64,000 nucleotides of DNA from Treponemataceae bacterium (GTDB lineage: Bacteria > Spirochaetota > Spirochaetia > Treponematales > Rectinemataceae). The DNA is taken from assembly GCA_963678065.2 (NCBI GenBank), contig CAXXVZ010000002.1:352001-416000 (forward strand), given 5' to 3'. The notes under the pieces are model-generated. The model saw only the letters and a list, made by a program, of their open reading frames with translations, was not told where the DNA came from and made no database searches. Below are positions 1-8,144 of this stretch, one piece after another (position 1 is the first letter of the stretch; every line of letters begins with the position of its first letter). The translations under genes were made by a program, and so were the position numbers.

Positions 1-57
1 GGAGTCTCGAAGGGTAGTCGCACCCGCCAGTATGTTCCACACCGGACGGGCGCACCA

Positions 58-94
58 TAAAACCAGGCATCGGTGTCGATGACCGATGCCTGGT
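58..94 (-). terminator. Rho-independent terminator of cstA
   Basis: 13-bp inverted repeat ACCAGGCATCGGT (62-74) / ACCGATGCCTGGT (82-94), followed by a T run on the minus strand, just past the cstA stop. Confidence 0.75.
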
Positions 95-103
95 CCGGGA
101 GCT

Positions 104-1786
104 TTATGCCGCCACTTTAGAGTTCTTGAAGTTTTTGAGGAAGCTAAAAATCATCGTGAAATTCAGGATAAGCATGAAAAGCGTGATCGCTCCGACGGTG
201 GCACCGGTGATCACATTCATGGTTTTGGCCATATCATTGAAGAAAGTAGGAATAACGACGACCTCATACCAGACGAGGGCGCAGGTAACCGTCACCCAAA
301 GAAAAATGGCGGGTATGAGGACTGCCATTGTGTACTTGGGATTGAGTTTCTTGTTGACCCACACCGCTACCGTCAGCATGACCACCGAGGCGAGAAGCTG
401 GTTGGCGCCGGAGAAGGCCGGCCACAGGACCGAATATCCGCCGGAACGGGCGAGGAAGATACCGACGAAGGCGATGATGATCGAGGCCACCCACTTATTG
501 TTGAAGAAACCATAGGCTCCGGGACTCTTGTTCTTCATTGGAAGGGCCATCTCCTGAATGATGTAGCGTCCCAGACGGTTGGTGGTATCGAGGGTGGTCA
601 GAGCGAAAGTCGAAACCCATACTGCCGCGAAGAGGGTCATGAAATCCATCGCGAAGATGGGCAGTTTTGTGCTCACCATCATGGCGAAGGATTGGACGAA
701 ACGGGGAATGGCTGGAGTCGTCATAAGCTTGTCTCCGAGCGCGGCGGTACCGAAGGCCGCGATGGAGATGATGACGAGGGTGGACAGGAAGCCTTCGACG
801 AGCATGGCGCCGTACCCGACGAATATGGCGTCGGATTCCTTGGCCAGCTGCTTGGAGCTGGTGCCCGAGGCTACCAGGGCGTGGAAGCCGGAGAGGGCAC
901 CGCATGCGATGATGAGCGGAACCGTGGGCCAGAACGGCGAGGGCTGACCGCCTATGACCTTGGCGCTGAAGTTCGTGAATAGAGGCACGGAATCGAGACT
1001 CTTGAAGCTGATGAGAGCCGCAATGCCACCGACGATGAGGCCGAAATACAGGAAGAACGAAGAAAGATAATCACGCGGCTGCAGAAGCAGATTGACCGGC
1101 AGTGTGGATGCCAGAACTATGTAGACGAAGATTATCAGGAAATAGATATCCTTGCTCCACTTGACGGGGAGCTGATTGCCGGCGATGAAGGCGGCTATGA
1201 CGAGAACGAGGCCAATGAGACTGCCCCAACCGAGGCCGAGCTTGGTCTTGTACATGAAGTAGCCAGCGATTACCGCAGCGACACAGAAAAACACAAAGGC
1301 AAAAAAGACGCGTCCGTCTACCGCGAACTGGCCGGCGACGATATCGCCGAAGGCGGCTACGACGAGAATGCAGAGGAACATGATGAACCAGCCGAAGGTC
1401 CTGCCGGCTTTCTTGCCGATCAGGTCCTGGGCCACGAACTGCATCGAGCGTCCGTCGTAGCGAACGGATGCGGCGAGGGCGAGGTAGTCATGGATGGCGC
1501 CAAGGAATACATTGCCGAACCATATCCAGAGAAGGCCGGGGAGCCAGCCCCAGGCAACTGCGATTGCGGGTCCGGTGATCGGTCCCGCGCCGGCGATCGA
1601 CGCGAAGTGGTGTCCGAAGAGCACGTATTTGCTCGTAGGCACGTAATCCACGCCGTCGCTGAGGCGCACGGACGGGGCGGCCGCAGCCTTGTCGCTTTTC
1701 AGGATCTTGTCGCGGATCGTCTTACCGTAGGTAAAATAGAAAACCAGGTAAAGTGCGATCGCGAAAAGCACTATCAATGTTGTCAT
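104..1786 (-). CDS. cstA: Carbon starvation protein A family transporter (peptide/pyruvate)
   Basis: 560 aa polytopic membrane protein with DGVDYVPT, GHHFASIAGAGPI, ACGALSGFHAL and TTLDT motifs; GGAGG RBS. Confidence 0.93.
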   Translation of the reverse strand: MTTLIVLFAIALYLVFYFTYGKTIRDKILKSDKAAAAPSVRLSDGVDYVPTSKYVLFGHHFASIAGAGPITGPAIAVAWGWLPGLLWIWFGNVFLGAIHDYLALAASVRYDGRSMQFVAQDLIGKKAGRTFGWFIMFLCILVVAAFGDIVAGQFAVDGRVFFAFVFFCVAAVIAGYFMYKTKLGLGWGSLIGLVLVIAAFIAGNQLPVKWSKDIYFLIIFVYIVLASTLPVNLLLQPRDYLSSFFLYFGLIVGGIAALISFKSLDSVPLFTNFSAKVIGGQPSPFWPTVPLIIACGALSGFHALVASGTSSKQLAKESDAIFVGYGAMLVEGFLSTLVIISIAAFGTAALGDKLMTTPAIPRFVQSFAMMVSTKLPIFAMDFMTLFAAVWVSTFALTTLDTTNRLGRYIIQEMALPMKNKSPGAYGFFNNKWVASIIIAFVGIFLARSGGYSVLWPAFSGANQLLASVVMLTVAVWVNKKLNPKYTMAVLIPAIFLWVTVTCALVWYEVVVIPTFFNDMAKTMNVITGATVGAITLFMLILNFTMIFSFLKNFKNSKVAA

Positions 1787-1827
1787 TGCGCCTTCCTCCT
1801 CGATAGAATTGTTATGGAATATTTTTT

Positions 1828-1856
1828 ATAGTAAAACCGGTTTTATTGGTTGTCAA
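1828..1856 (-). promoter_or_regulatory. sigma70-type promoter of cstA with palindromic operator
   Basis: TTGACA (1856-1851), 17-bp spacer, TACTAT (1833-1828); perfect palindrome TAAAACCGGTTTTA at 1832-1845. Confidence 0.7.
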
Positions 1857-1953
1857 CGATTTTTTTTTGCGGGGACTCTACACCTTCAGCATCGCTAATG
1901 GAGTACATTCCCGCCATCTCCGGCAGTTCTGATCGTTCATCCGGGGCAGGAAT

Positions 1954-3213
1954 TCAATCGACCAGAAAGGAAAAATAGAATGTCGCGCCGTGGTCGACCT
2001 TTCCCTCCGCCCAGGTGCGGCCACCATGCCTGCACATGATGCGCCTGACGATAGCGAGGCCGATGCCAGTGCCCTCGAAATCTTCCACCCGGTGCAGGCG
2101 CTGAAAGACATTGAAGAGCCTGTCGACATATTCCTGGTCGAAGCCGACGCCATTGTCTCTCACGAAGAGCACAAGCTCTCTCCCGTCGCCGGGCAGGGTC
2201 CCTATCTCGATCCTCGCGACCTCGCGGGGGCGGGTGTATTTGATCGCGTTGGAGATGAGATTCGAGAACACCACGCTGAGCATCGCGCGGTCGCCCGACA
2301 CGGTGGGCAGACTGGCGACAGTCCACTCGATCTTCCGCCCTTCGGTTTCCGGCTCCGCTTTCCGGATTGTCTCACCGACCAGGGCGCTCAGATCTACCTG
2401 GGCCCGCGAAAATTCCTGGCGACTCATCTTCGAAAACGACAGAAGGTCGTCTATCAGCACCCCCATCTGCCGCGTAGCGGCCAGAATTCTGTCTATGTAT
2501 CTCCGGCTGTTTTCGCAGAGCGGGGCCTCGAAGCTCCTCGCCAGCACTTCGGTGAATCCGGCGATGTGGCGCAGCGGAGCCCGGAGGTCGTGTGAAACCG
2601 AGTAGGAAAAGGCCTCCAGCTCCTTGTTGGCCGCCTCGAGCAGCATGGTGCGCTCCCGAACGCGTTTTTCGAGATCCTGATTGAGCTGGCGCAGATCGGA
2701 TTCCGCCTTCGTGCGGCTGGCGACCTCGTTTTCCAGCTCGCGCATTTTTTTCTCCAGTTTGGCGAAGAGCGCCTCGTTGTGTTTGCGCAGAAACTCCGCG
2801 TCCTCCCCCAAGGGTTTATCGGATGTGAATGCCGGATTTTCCCGGCGCTCTTCCAGAACCTCGCGGACAATTCCGATCAGTATTTCGGGCTTCTGAGGTT
2901 TGACGACGAAGCGCTCCGCCCCGAGACTCAGCGCGAACTCCTCATCCTTCGCCTCGGTGTAGGTGGCCGTGTAGAAGATGAAGGGAACCGGGGAGAGCCC
3001 CGGATCGGCCTTCCATCGCCGGCACAGCTCGAATCCGTCCATGACCGGCATGAGGATGTCGGAGACGACGAGGTCCGGGATCGTGGTTCCGGCGAGCGCC
3101 AGCGCCTCGGCCCCGTTCCTGGCCGAAAGCACATCAAAGCCGTTTCCCTTGAACAGCGCCTCGAGAAGATAGAGGTTCTGGGGAATGTCGTCGACTATGA
3201 GGAGTTTTTTCAT
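1954..3213 (-). CDS. Hybrid REC-HisKA-HATPase histidine kinase
   Basis: N-terminal receiver (VDD, SDILMP, KP), H-box SHDLRAPLR, N-box NLISNAIKY, G boxes DNGVG and GTGIGL. Confidence 0.93.
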   Translation of the reverse strand: MKKLLIVDDIPQNLYLLEALFKGNGFDVLSARNGAEALALAGTTIPDLVVSDILMPVMDGFELCRRWKADPGLSPVPFIFYTATYTEAKDEEFALSLGAERFVVKPQKPEILIGIVREVLEERRENPAFTSDKPLGEDAEFLRKHNEALFAKLEKKMRELENEVASRTKAESDLRQLNQDLEKRVRERTMLLEAANKELEAFSYSVSHDLRAPLRHIAGFTEVLARSFEAPLCENSRRYIDRILAATRQMGVLIDDLLSFSKMSRQEFSRAQVDLSALVGETIRKAEPETEGRKIEWTVASLPTVSGDRAMLSVVFSNLISNAIKYTRPREVARIEIGTLPGDGRELVLFVRDNGVGFDQEYVDRLFNVFQRLHRVEDFEGTGIGLAIVRRIMCRHGGRTWAEGKVDHGATFYFSFLVD

Positions 3214-3659
3214 GCATCCCTCGCGCCGGAATCGCCGACAGTGCCGGCATGGTCGGCAACGCTGGTCGCGCCGGCGCTATCGGCCCTGCCGGCGATGCCG
3301 AGATACTCGTCGACCTGGAGCGCGAAAGAGCGCGGATCGATCGGCTTTTCGATGTAACCGGAGCAGCCGGCCTCGGTGGCCTTCTCCCTGTCGCCCGCCA
3401 TCGCGTAGGAAGTGAGGGCGACGATAGGCGTCCCGGCTGTATTCGGACTCTTCCTGAGGATACGGGCTACGGCGTAACCGTCCATGACGGGAAGCTGAAT
3501 ATCCAGAAGTATGAGATCGAAAAAAGAGCCATTGGCCAGCTCGATGCCCTCCAGCCCGTCCCGGGCGCGGACGACGCTGTGCCCATGGGTGTTCAGGATG
3601 AAGTTGACAAGATAGAAGTTCTGATCGTTGTCCTCGATGTAGAGAATCGTCGATTTCAT
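3210..3659 (-). CDS. Single-domain response regulator (DivK/CheY-like)
   Basis: IED, LLDIQLP, ALTS and KPID motifs; ATG at 3659 overlaps the upstream stop (ATGA). Confidence 0.9.
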   Translation of the reverse strand: MKSTILYIEDNDQNFYLVNFILNTHGHSVVRARDGLEGIELANGSFFDLILLDIQLPVMDGYAVARILRKSPNTAGTPIVALTSYAMAGDREKATEAGCSGYIEKPIDPRSFALQVDEYLGIAGRADSAGATSVADHAGTVGDSGARDA

Positions 3660-5710
3660 TGCGTCCCCCTGACAAGAGGCAGTCTGAATCCGAAAAGGCT
3701 TCCCTTGCCCCACTCGCTCTCGACCCAGATCGATCCGCCCATCATTTCCACGAGCCGTTTGCAGATGGAGAGCCCCAGCCCCGTTCCCTCATAGTGCCGC
3801 GTCAGACCTGTCTCCACCTGTCTGAAGGGCTTGAACAGCTTGTCCAGGTCCGCCTCTCTGATGCCGATGCCGGAATCCGAAATCCGCACCACTATCGATC
3901 CGTCCTCGACAGAGCACACGATCCCGACGAAGCCCGTCTCCGTGAATTTGACGGAATTCGACAGGAGGTTGAAGAGAACCTGCTCGAAACGTCTCCTGTC
4001 GCTCGTGATGGAGCCCACGCCCGGGTCGATCCTGATCCTGAGATCGAGCGCTTTGTGGGCGGCGAGGGGCGCGATGGCGCCGACGACTTTTTCGAGCGAG
4101 GCCCGCGGGTCGAAAGCCTCGAATTTGAGCTCGAGCTGTCCCGCCTCGATCTTCGAGATATCCAGGACATCGTTTATGAGGGCGAGAAGGTGCTCCGAAC
4201 TCGCGGCCACCATGGAGAGCTGCTTCTTCTGCTCCTCGTTCAGGGGACCCGCCAGTTCCTGGAGAAGTATGCCCGAGAACCCGATGATGGAGTTGAGGGG
4301 TGTGCGCAGTTCGTGCGACATGGTGGCGAGGAAGGCCGATTTGAGCCTGTCGGCGGATTCGGCGGCATCTTTTGCCACGGCGAGGTCTCTGGTGCGCTCT
4401 GCCACGACAGCCTCGAGATTGTCGCGGTGTTCAGCCAGCTCCGCTATCGCCCTCTGCCGCCCCTCTTCCTCGGTTCTGATCCGCCCGACCATGGCGGTGA
4501 ACGAACGCGCCAGTATACCGATCTCGCCGACGCCGTTCACGTCGAAAGGCCGACTCATGTCCCCCGTCGCGGCGATCCTTTCGCTGACTGTGGTCAGGCC
4601 CGAGAGGGGCCGTATGACGATGGAGTGGAGGAGAAGGACCGTGAGGAAGCTGAGAAGGACTAAGGCGATGAGGACGAAGAGAAGTATCGTCCTCACGGAC
4701 TCGGATATTTCCTGCCTGACCGAATCGAGAGGAACCATGATGCCGATCTTCCAGCCCAACTCCGGAGAAGTGTAGTGGACCATGATATTCTTGCCGAATC
4801 CCAGCTCTCCCTCTTTTTCCGAGAGGAAAACCGCGGCCTGATCCCCGAGGACCTCGCGTATATTCTTTACGAGAAGGGCGGGATCGCGGGCCGCGATGAC
4901 AAGTCCGGATCGGTCGACGAGGATCATCTGCCCGTACCGTCCCACATCGAAACTGGCGATGTACTCGGTGAGGCTCGTCAGGGTGACATCCGCGCCGACA
5001 ACCCCGAACACCTTTCCCTTCGCGTCGAGGAGGGCGGTGACGACTCCGATGTTGATGTCGGGCGTCGTCACCGACCGGTAGGCCTCCGTCACCATGACCT
5101 TCCCCGGATTCTCCTTCGCGAGGATGTACCAGGGACGGGTCCGGGGATCGTACGCGGTTGGCTGCGCCCTCTTGTGGGACCTGACGAAGGAACCGTTCTC
5201 GCGGCCCATGTAGACCGAACTGACATACTTGTGCGAGCTCCGGTAGCCGTCGAGAACATCGATGATGCGCTGCTCCCGCTCCCCGATCGAGTAACGGAAG
5301 CTCTCCTCCGTGGCGTCGAGGAAATTCGTGAACCGCGAGTCCTCCCTCGTGCGGACCTCCGCGTTGACGGACAGTTGCCGGATGTCGCTTTTGAGTTCCC
5401 CGACGAAATTGGAGATCGCGAAATCGAGATGCTTCATCTGGATTATCGAATCGCCGGAAAACAGGATTATGTTCCGCCTGTAAAGGGAGAGAGGAAGTGT
5501 CAGGCCGATCAGGAGGAGAACGAAGGCTGCGATGCACAGATACATGATCAGGATCCGTGTCCCGAGCTTCATGGAAGCGGGGGCGGGGCGAGACGGACTC
5601 TGTGGGTCAGCGGGAAATTTCCGGAAGAGCGCAGCGGACTTCATGGACGCAGCCTCCCGAGAAAAACGTGAACCAAATGTAAGCGTAGTGCCGGTTCCCC
5701 CGTCTGTCAA
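3656..5710 (-). CDS. Sensor histidine kinase with Cache and HAMP domains
   Basis: Two TM helices, YDPRTRPWY Cache motif, HAMP (GEIGILARSF), SHELRTPL, NLLSNSVKF, GTGLGL; the true start may be a later Met. Confidence 0.92.
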   Translation of the reverse strand: MTDGGTGTTLTFGSRFSREAASMKSAALFRKFPADPQSPSRPAPASMKLGTRILIMYLCIAAFVLLLIGLTLPLSLYRRNIILFSGDSIIQMKHLDFAISNFVGELKSDIRQLSVNAEVRTREDSRFTNFLDATEESFRYSIGEREQRIIDVLDGYRSSHKYVSSVYMGRENGSFVRSHKRAQPTAYDPRTRPWYILAKENPGKVMVTEAYRSVTTPDINIGVVTALLDAKGKVFGVVGADVTLTSLTEYIASFDVGRYGQMILVDRSGLVIAARDPALLVKNIREVLGDQAAVFLSEKEGELGFGKNIMVHYTSPELGWKIGIMVPLDSVRQEISESVRTILLFVLIALVLLSFLTVLLLHSIVIRPLSGLTTVSERIAATGDMSRPFDVNGVGEIGILARSFTAMVGRIRTEEEGRQRAIAELAEHRDNLEAVVAERTRDLAVAKDAAESADRLKSAFLATMSHELRTPLNSIIGFSGILLQELAGPLNEEQKKQLSMVAASSEHLLALINDVLDISKIEAGQLELKFEAFDPRASLEKVVGAIAPLAAHKALDLRIRIDPGVGSITSDRRRFEQVLFNLLSNSVKFTETGFVGIVCSVEDGSIVVRISDSGIGIREADLDKLFKPFRQVETGLTRHYEGTGLGLSICKRLVEMMGGSIWVESEWGKGSLFGFRLPLVRGTQ

Positions 5711-8070
5711 CCGAGCGTGAAGAAGAAACAGGCGCCCGAATCCGGCTTGGCTTCCGGCCAGACCCGGCCGCCGTGACGCGTCACGATTCTCTGCACGGTG
5801 ACGAGCCCGATGCCGGTCCCGGGAAATTCCTTCATGGCATGCAGGCGCTGGAAGGGTGTAAAGAGCATGTCCGCGTAGGCCATATCGAAACCCACGCCGT
5901 TGTCTTTCACGAAGAAGACCCGCTCTTTCCCCCGTTCCAGCGATCCGACTTCCACGCGGGGCGACTCTGTCTTCGAACTGTACTTGATCGCGTTGTCCAG
6001 AAGATTGTGGAGCAGGATCTGCATGAGGGCAGGATCCGCGAAGGCCCTCATGCCGGGCTCGATATCGACCGCGGGGATCGGGCCCTCCCTCGCCTCCAGC
6101 ACTTCCGAGGCAATGTCGCGGGCAAGCTCGCTCAGATCCATATCCTTCCTTACGAGAGGCGACCGCGTCACCCGGGAAAGCCCGAGCAGGTCCTCGATGA
6201 GCTGCCCCATCCTTCTTGTCGATTCCCTGATCCGGCTGAGGTAATCGAGGCCCTTCTCGTCCAGAACCTGACCGTAGCGCTCCGCCAGTATCGAGCTGAA
6301 TCCCTCCATGGACCGCAGAGGGGATCTGAGATCGTGCGAAACGGCGTAGGCGAAGGACTCGAGTTCCTTGTTGGCGACTTCGAGCTGCGCGGTGCGGTCG
6401 GACACCCGTCGCTCGAGATCCTGGTTGAGGGTCTTAACCTCCTCCTCGGCCTTCCTGCGCTCGGCGATCTCCACCGAGAGCTGCCGGGTTTTCCGGTCGA
6501 CCTTCTTCTTGAGCGACCACGACCAGAGAATTGCCGCGGCGAGGAGCGCAAAAAGGGGAAGGATGACGATGGCGGCGTATCGCACTATGGTGAGAAAGCT
6601 TGCTCCCTCGGCCCTGTACGGCGCAAGCCATTTTTCTTCGATCTTCCGGTATTCCCCCGAGGCCTGGAGGGCGGCCAGTCCCTGCGAGAACTGGGCCAAT
6701 AAAGCCCCGTTGGCATGGGGAAGGGCATAACAGTACTCGGCGGAGAGAACGGGCTTGCCCGAAAGCCTGAGATTCCGCCATCCGTATTTTCTGATCCAGT
6801 ACAGGGCGGGAATCTGGGCCACGAGGGCATAGTCGTGTTTCCCGGAGGCGAGCAGACGCAGGGCATCCTCCTGCGAGGCCACCCGCACGAGATTGCCGCC
6901 GAAGCCCATCTTGGTCGCGAGATCGTCCATGAAGTCGCCTTCCATGACGATGATCGATTTCCCGGCGAGATCCTGGATGGAATCGGGAAGAGGCATATTC
7001 GCCCTGCCGGCGATGACATGGTTGACGATGGTGTGAGCGGGGGAAAAATCGAAAATCCTGTCGCGCTCGGGTGAGTAGAACATTCCCTGGACGACATCTA
7101 TCGCGCCGGTCCCGAGCCCCTTTCGGATCTCCCCCCAGGCCTCGAGACGGATCTCTATCTCGAGCCCGAGCTGTCTCGCGATCGCGCGGGTGAGGTCGAC
7201 ATTGTAGCCCGCCGGCTGCCCGTTTTTGTCGAGGTATTCATAGGGAGGATAATCGCTGTCCCCTCCCACGATGATCCGGCTCCTCGTCTGACCGAAGGCC
7301 TCGATGCCGGAAAACCAGGTCGCGTAGAGCTTCCTGAAGGTCCCGTCCGCCATCACGATGGAGAGTCCCTCGTTCAGAAGGGCGAGGAGCTCGTGGTTAC
7401 CCTTACGCGTCGCGAAGCAGAAGGACTGTTTGAAGTCCTCGAGGGGAGGCCCGACGGTCCTGAGGTTGGTGAACCCGTTTTTCTGGATAATCTGCAGGGC
7501 GACAAGCTTCTGTATGACGACCGCGTCGCAGTTCCCTTGCGAAAGTTCGCGCAAGGCCGTCTCGGCGGAATCGAGAGAGATGATTTTCGCGCCCAGGTTG
7601 GAGCGGAAGAGGTATTCCTCCGCATTGTCGCCCTTCAGGACGGCGACCTGTTTGCCCGCGAGGTCGGCGGGTACCTGGATGTCCGTCGTCCCTTCGCGGA
7701 CCAGGATCGCGCCATGCATGGTAAGGTAGGGGAAGGTAAAATCGAAAATCGCCTCGCGCTCGGGCGTGCGCCCGACCAGTGGGAGAACCTGGAGGCGCCC
7801 GTCCGCGAGGTCCTGCTTTATCTCGGACCAGCGCCCCGTCTTGAAGCTCACATCCCGCCCCACGGCTTTCAGGGCCGCCTGGAGGAGTTCCACCGAAAAA
7901 CCGGTGGCGGAATTGTCTGGATTGACGATGCAGTAGGGCGGATAGTCGTACTCGCAGCCCGAGAGGATAGCCGCCTGTCTGCTCTGCGACGTGGCCACGA
8001 CAGGGGCCGGAATCGTGGTGCCCGCGCACAGGGCAAAGAAGACGAACGCGCACAATGACCGGCTCAGCAT
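5707..8070 (-). CDS. Sensor histidine kinase with two tandem SBP_bac_3 (Venus flytrap) domains
   Basis: Signal peptide, two repeats of the DYPPY..G..V(E/D)L module, one TM helix, SHDLRSPLR, HATPase boxes. Confidence 0.92.
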   Translation of the reverse strand: MLSRSLCAFVFFALCAGTTIPAPVVATSQSRQAAILSGCEYDYPPYCIVNPDNSATGFSVELLQAALKAVGRDVSFKTGRWSEIKQDLADGRLQVLPLVGRTPEREAIFDFTFPYLTMHGAILVREGTTDIQVPADLAGKQVAVLKGDNAEEYLFRSNLGAKIISLDSAETALRELSQGNCDAVVIQKLVALQIIQKNGFTNLRTVGPPLEDFKQSFCFATRKGNHELLALLNEGLSIVMADGTFRKLYATWFSGIEAFGQTRSRIIVGGDSDYPPYEYLDKNGQPAGYNVDLTRAIARQLGLEIEIRLEAWGEIRKGLGTGAIDVVQGMFYSPERDRIFDFSPAHTIVNHVIAGRANMPLPDSIQDLAGKSIIVMEGDFMDDLATKMGFGGNLVRVASQEDALRLLASGKHDYALVAQIPALYWIRKYGWRNLRLSGKPVLSAEYCYALPHANGALLAQFSQGLAALQASGEYRKIEEKWLAPYRAEGASFLTIVRYAAIVILPLFALLAAAILWSWSLKKKVDRKTRQLSVEIAERRKAEEEVKTLNQDLERRVSDRTAQLEVANKELESFAYAVSHDLRSPLRSMEGFSSILAERYGQVLDEKGLDYLSRIRESTRRMGQLIEDLLGLSRVTRSPLVRKDMDLSELARDIASEVLEAREGPIPAVDIEPGMRAFADPALMQILLHNLLDNAIKYSSKTESPRVEVGSLERGKERVFFVKDNGVGFDMAYADMLFTPFQRLHAMKEFPGTGIGLVTVQRIVTRHGGRVWPEAKPDSGACFFFTLG

Positions 8071-8144
8071 GTCCTTCCCCCTATGCCATCGATCCTATAC
8101 GATCACTCCCGACAAGACCATGAGAAGACCATTCGCCGGATCTG

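Noticed and set aside
1878..1925. Minus-strand GGAGATGGC..CTCC..GCTGA resembling a fluoride riboswitch
   Set aside because: Loop length and the 3' pseudoknot segment do not fit, and it lies upstream of the cstA -35 with no fluoride-related gene
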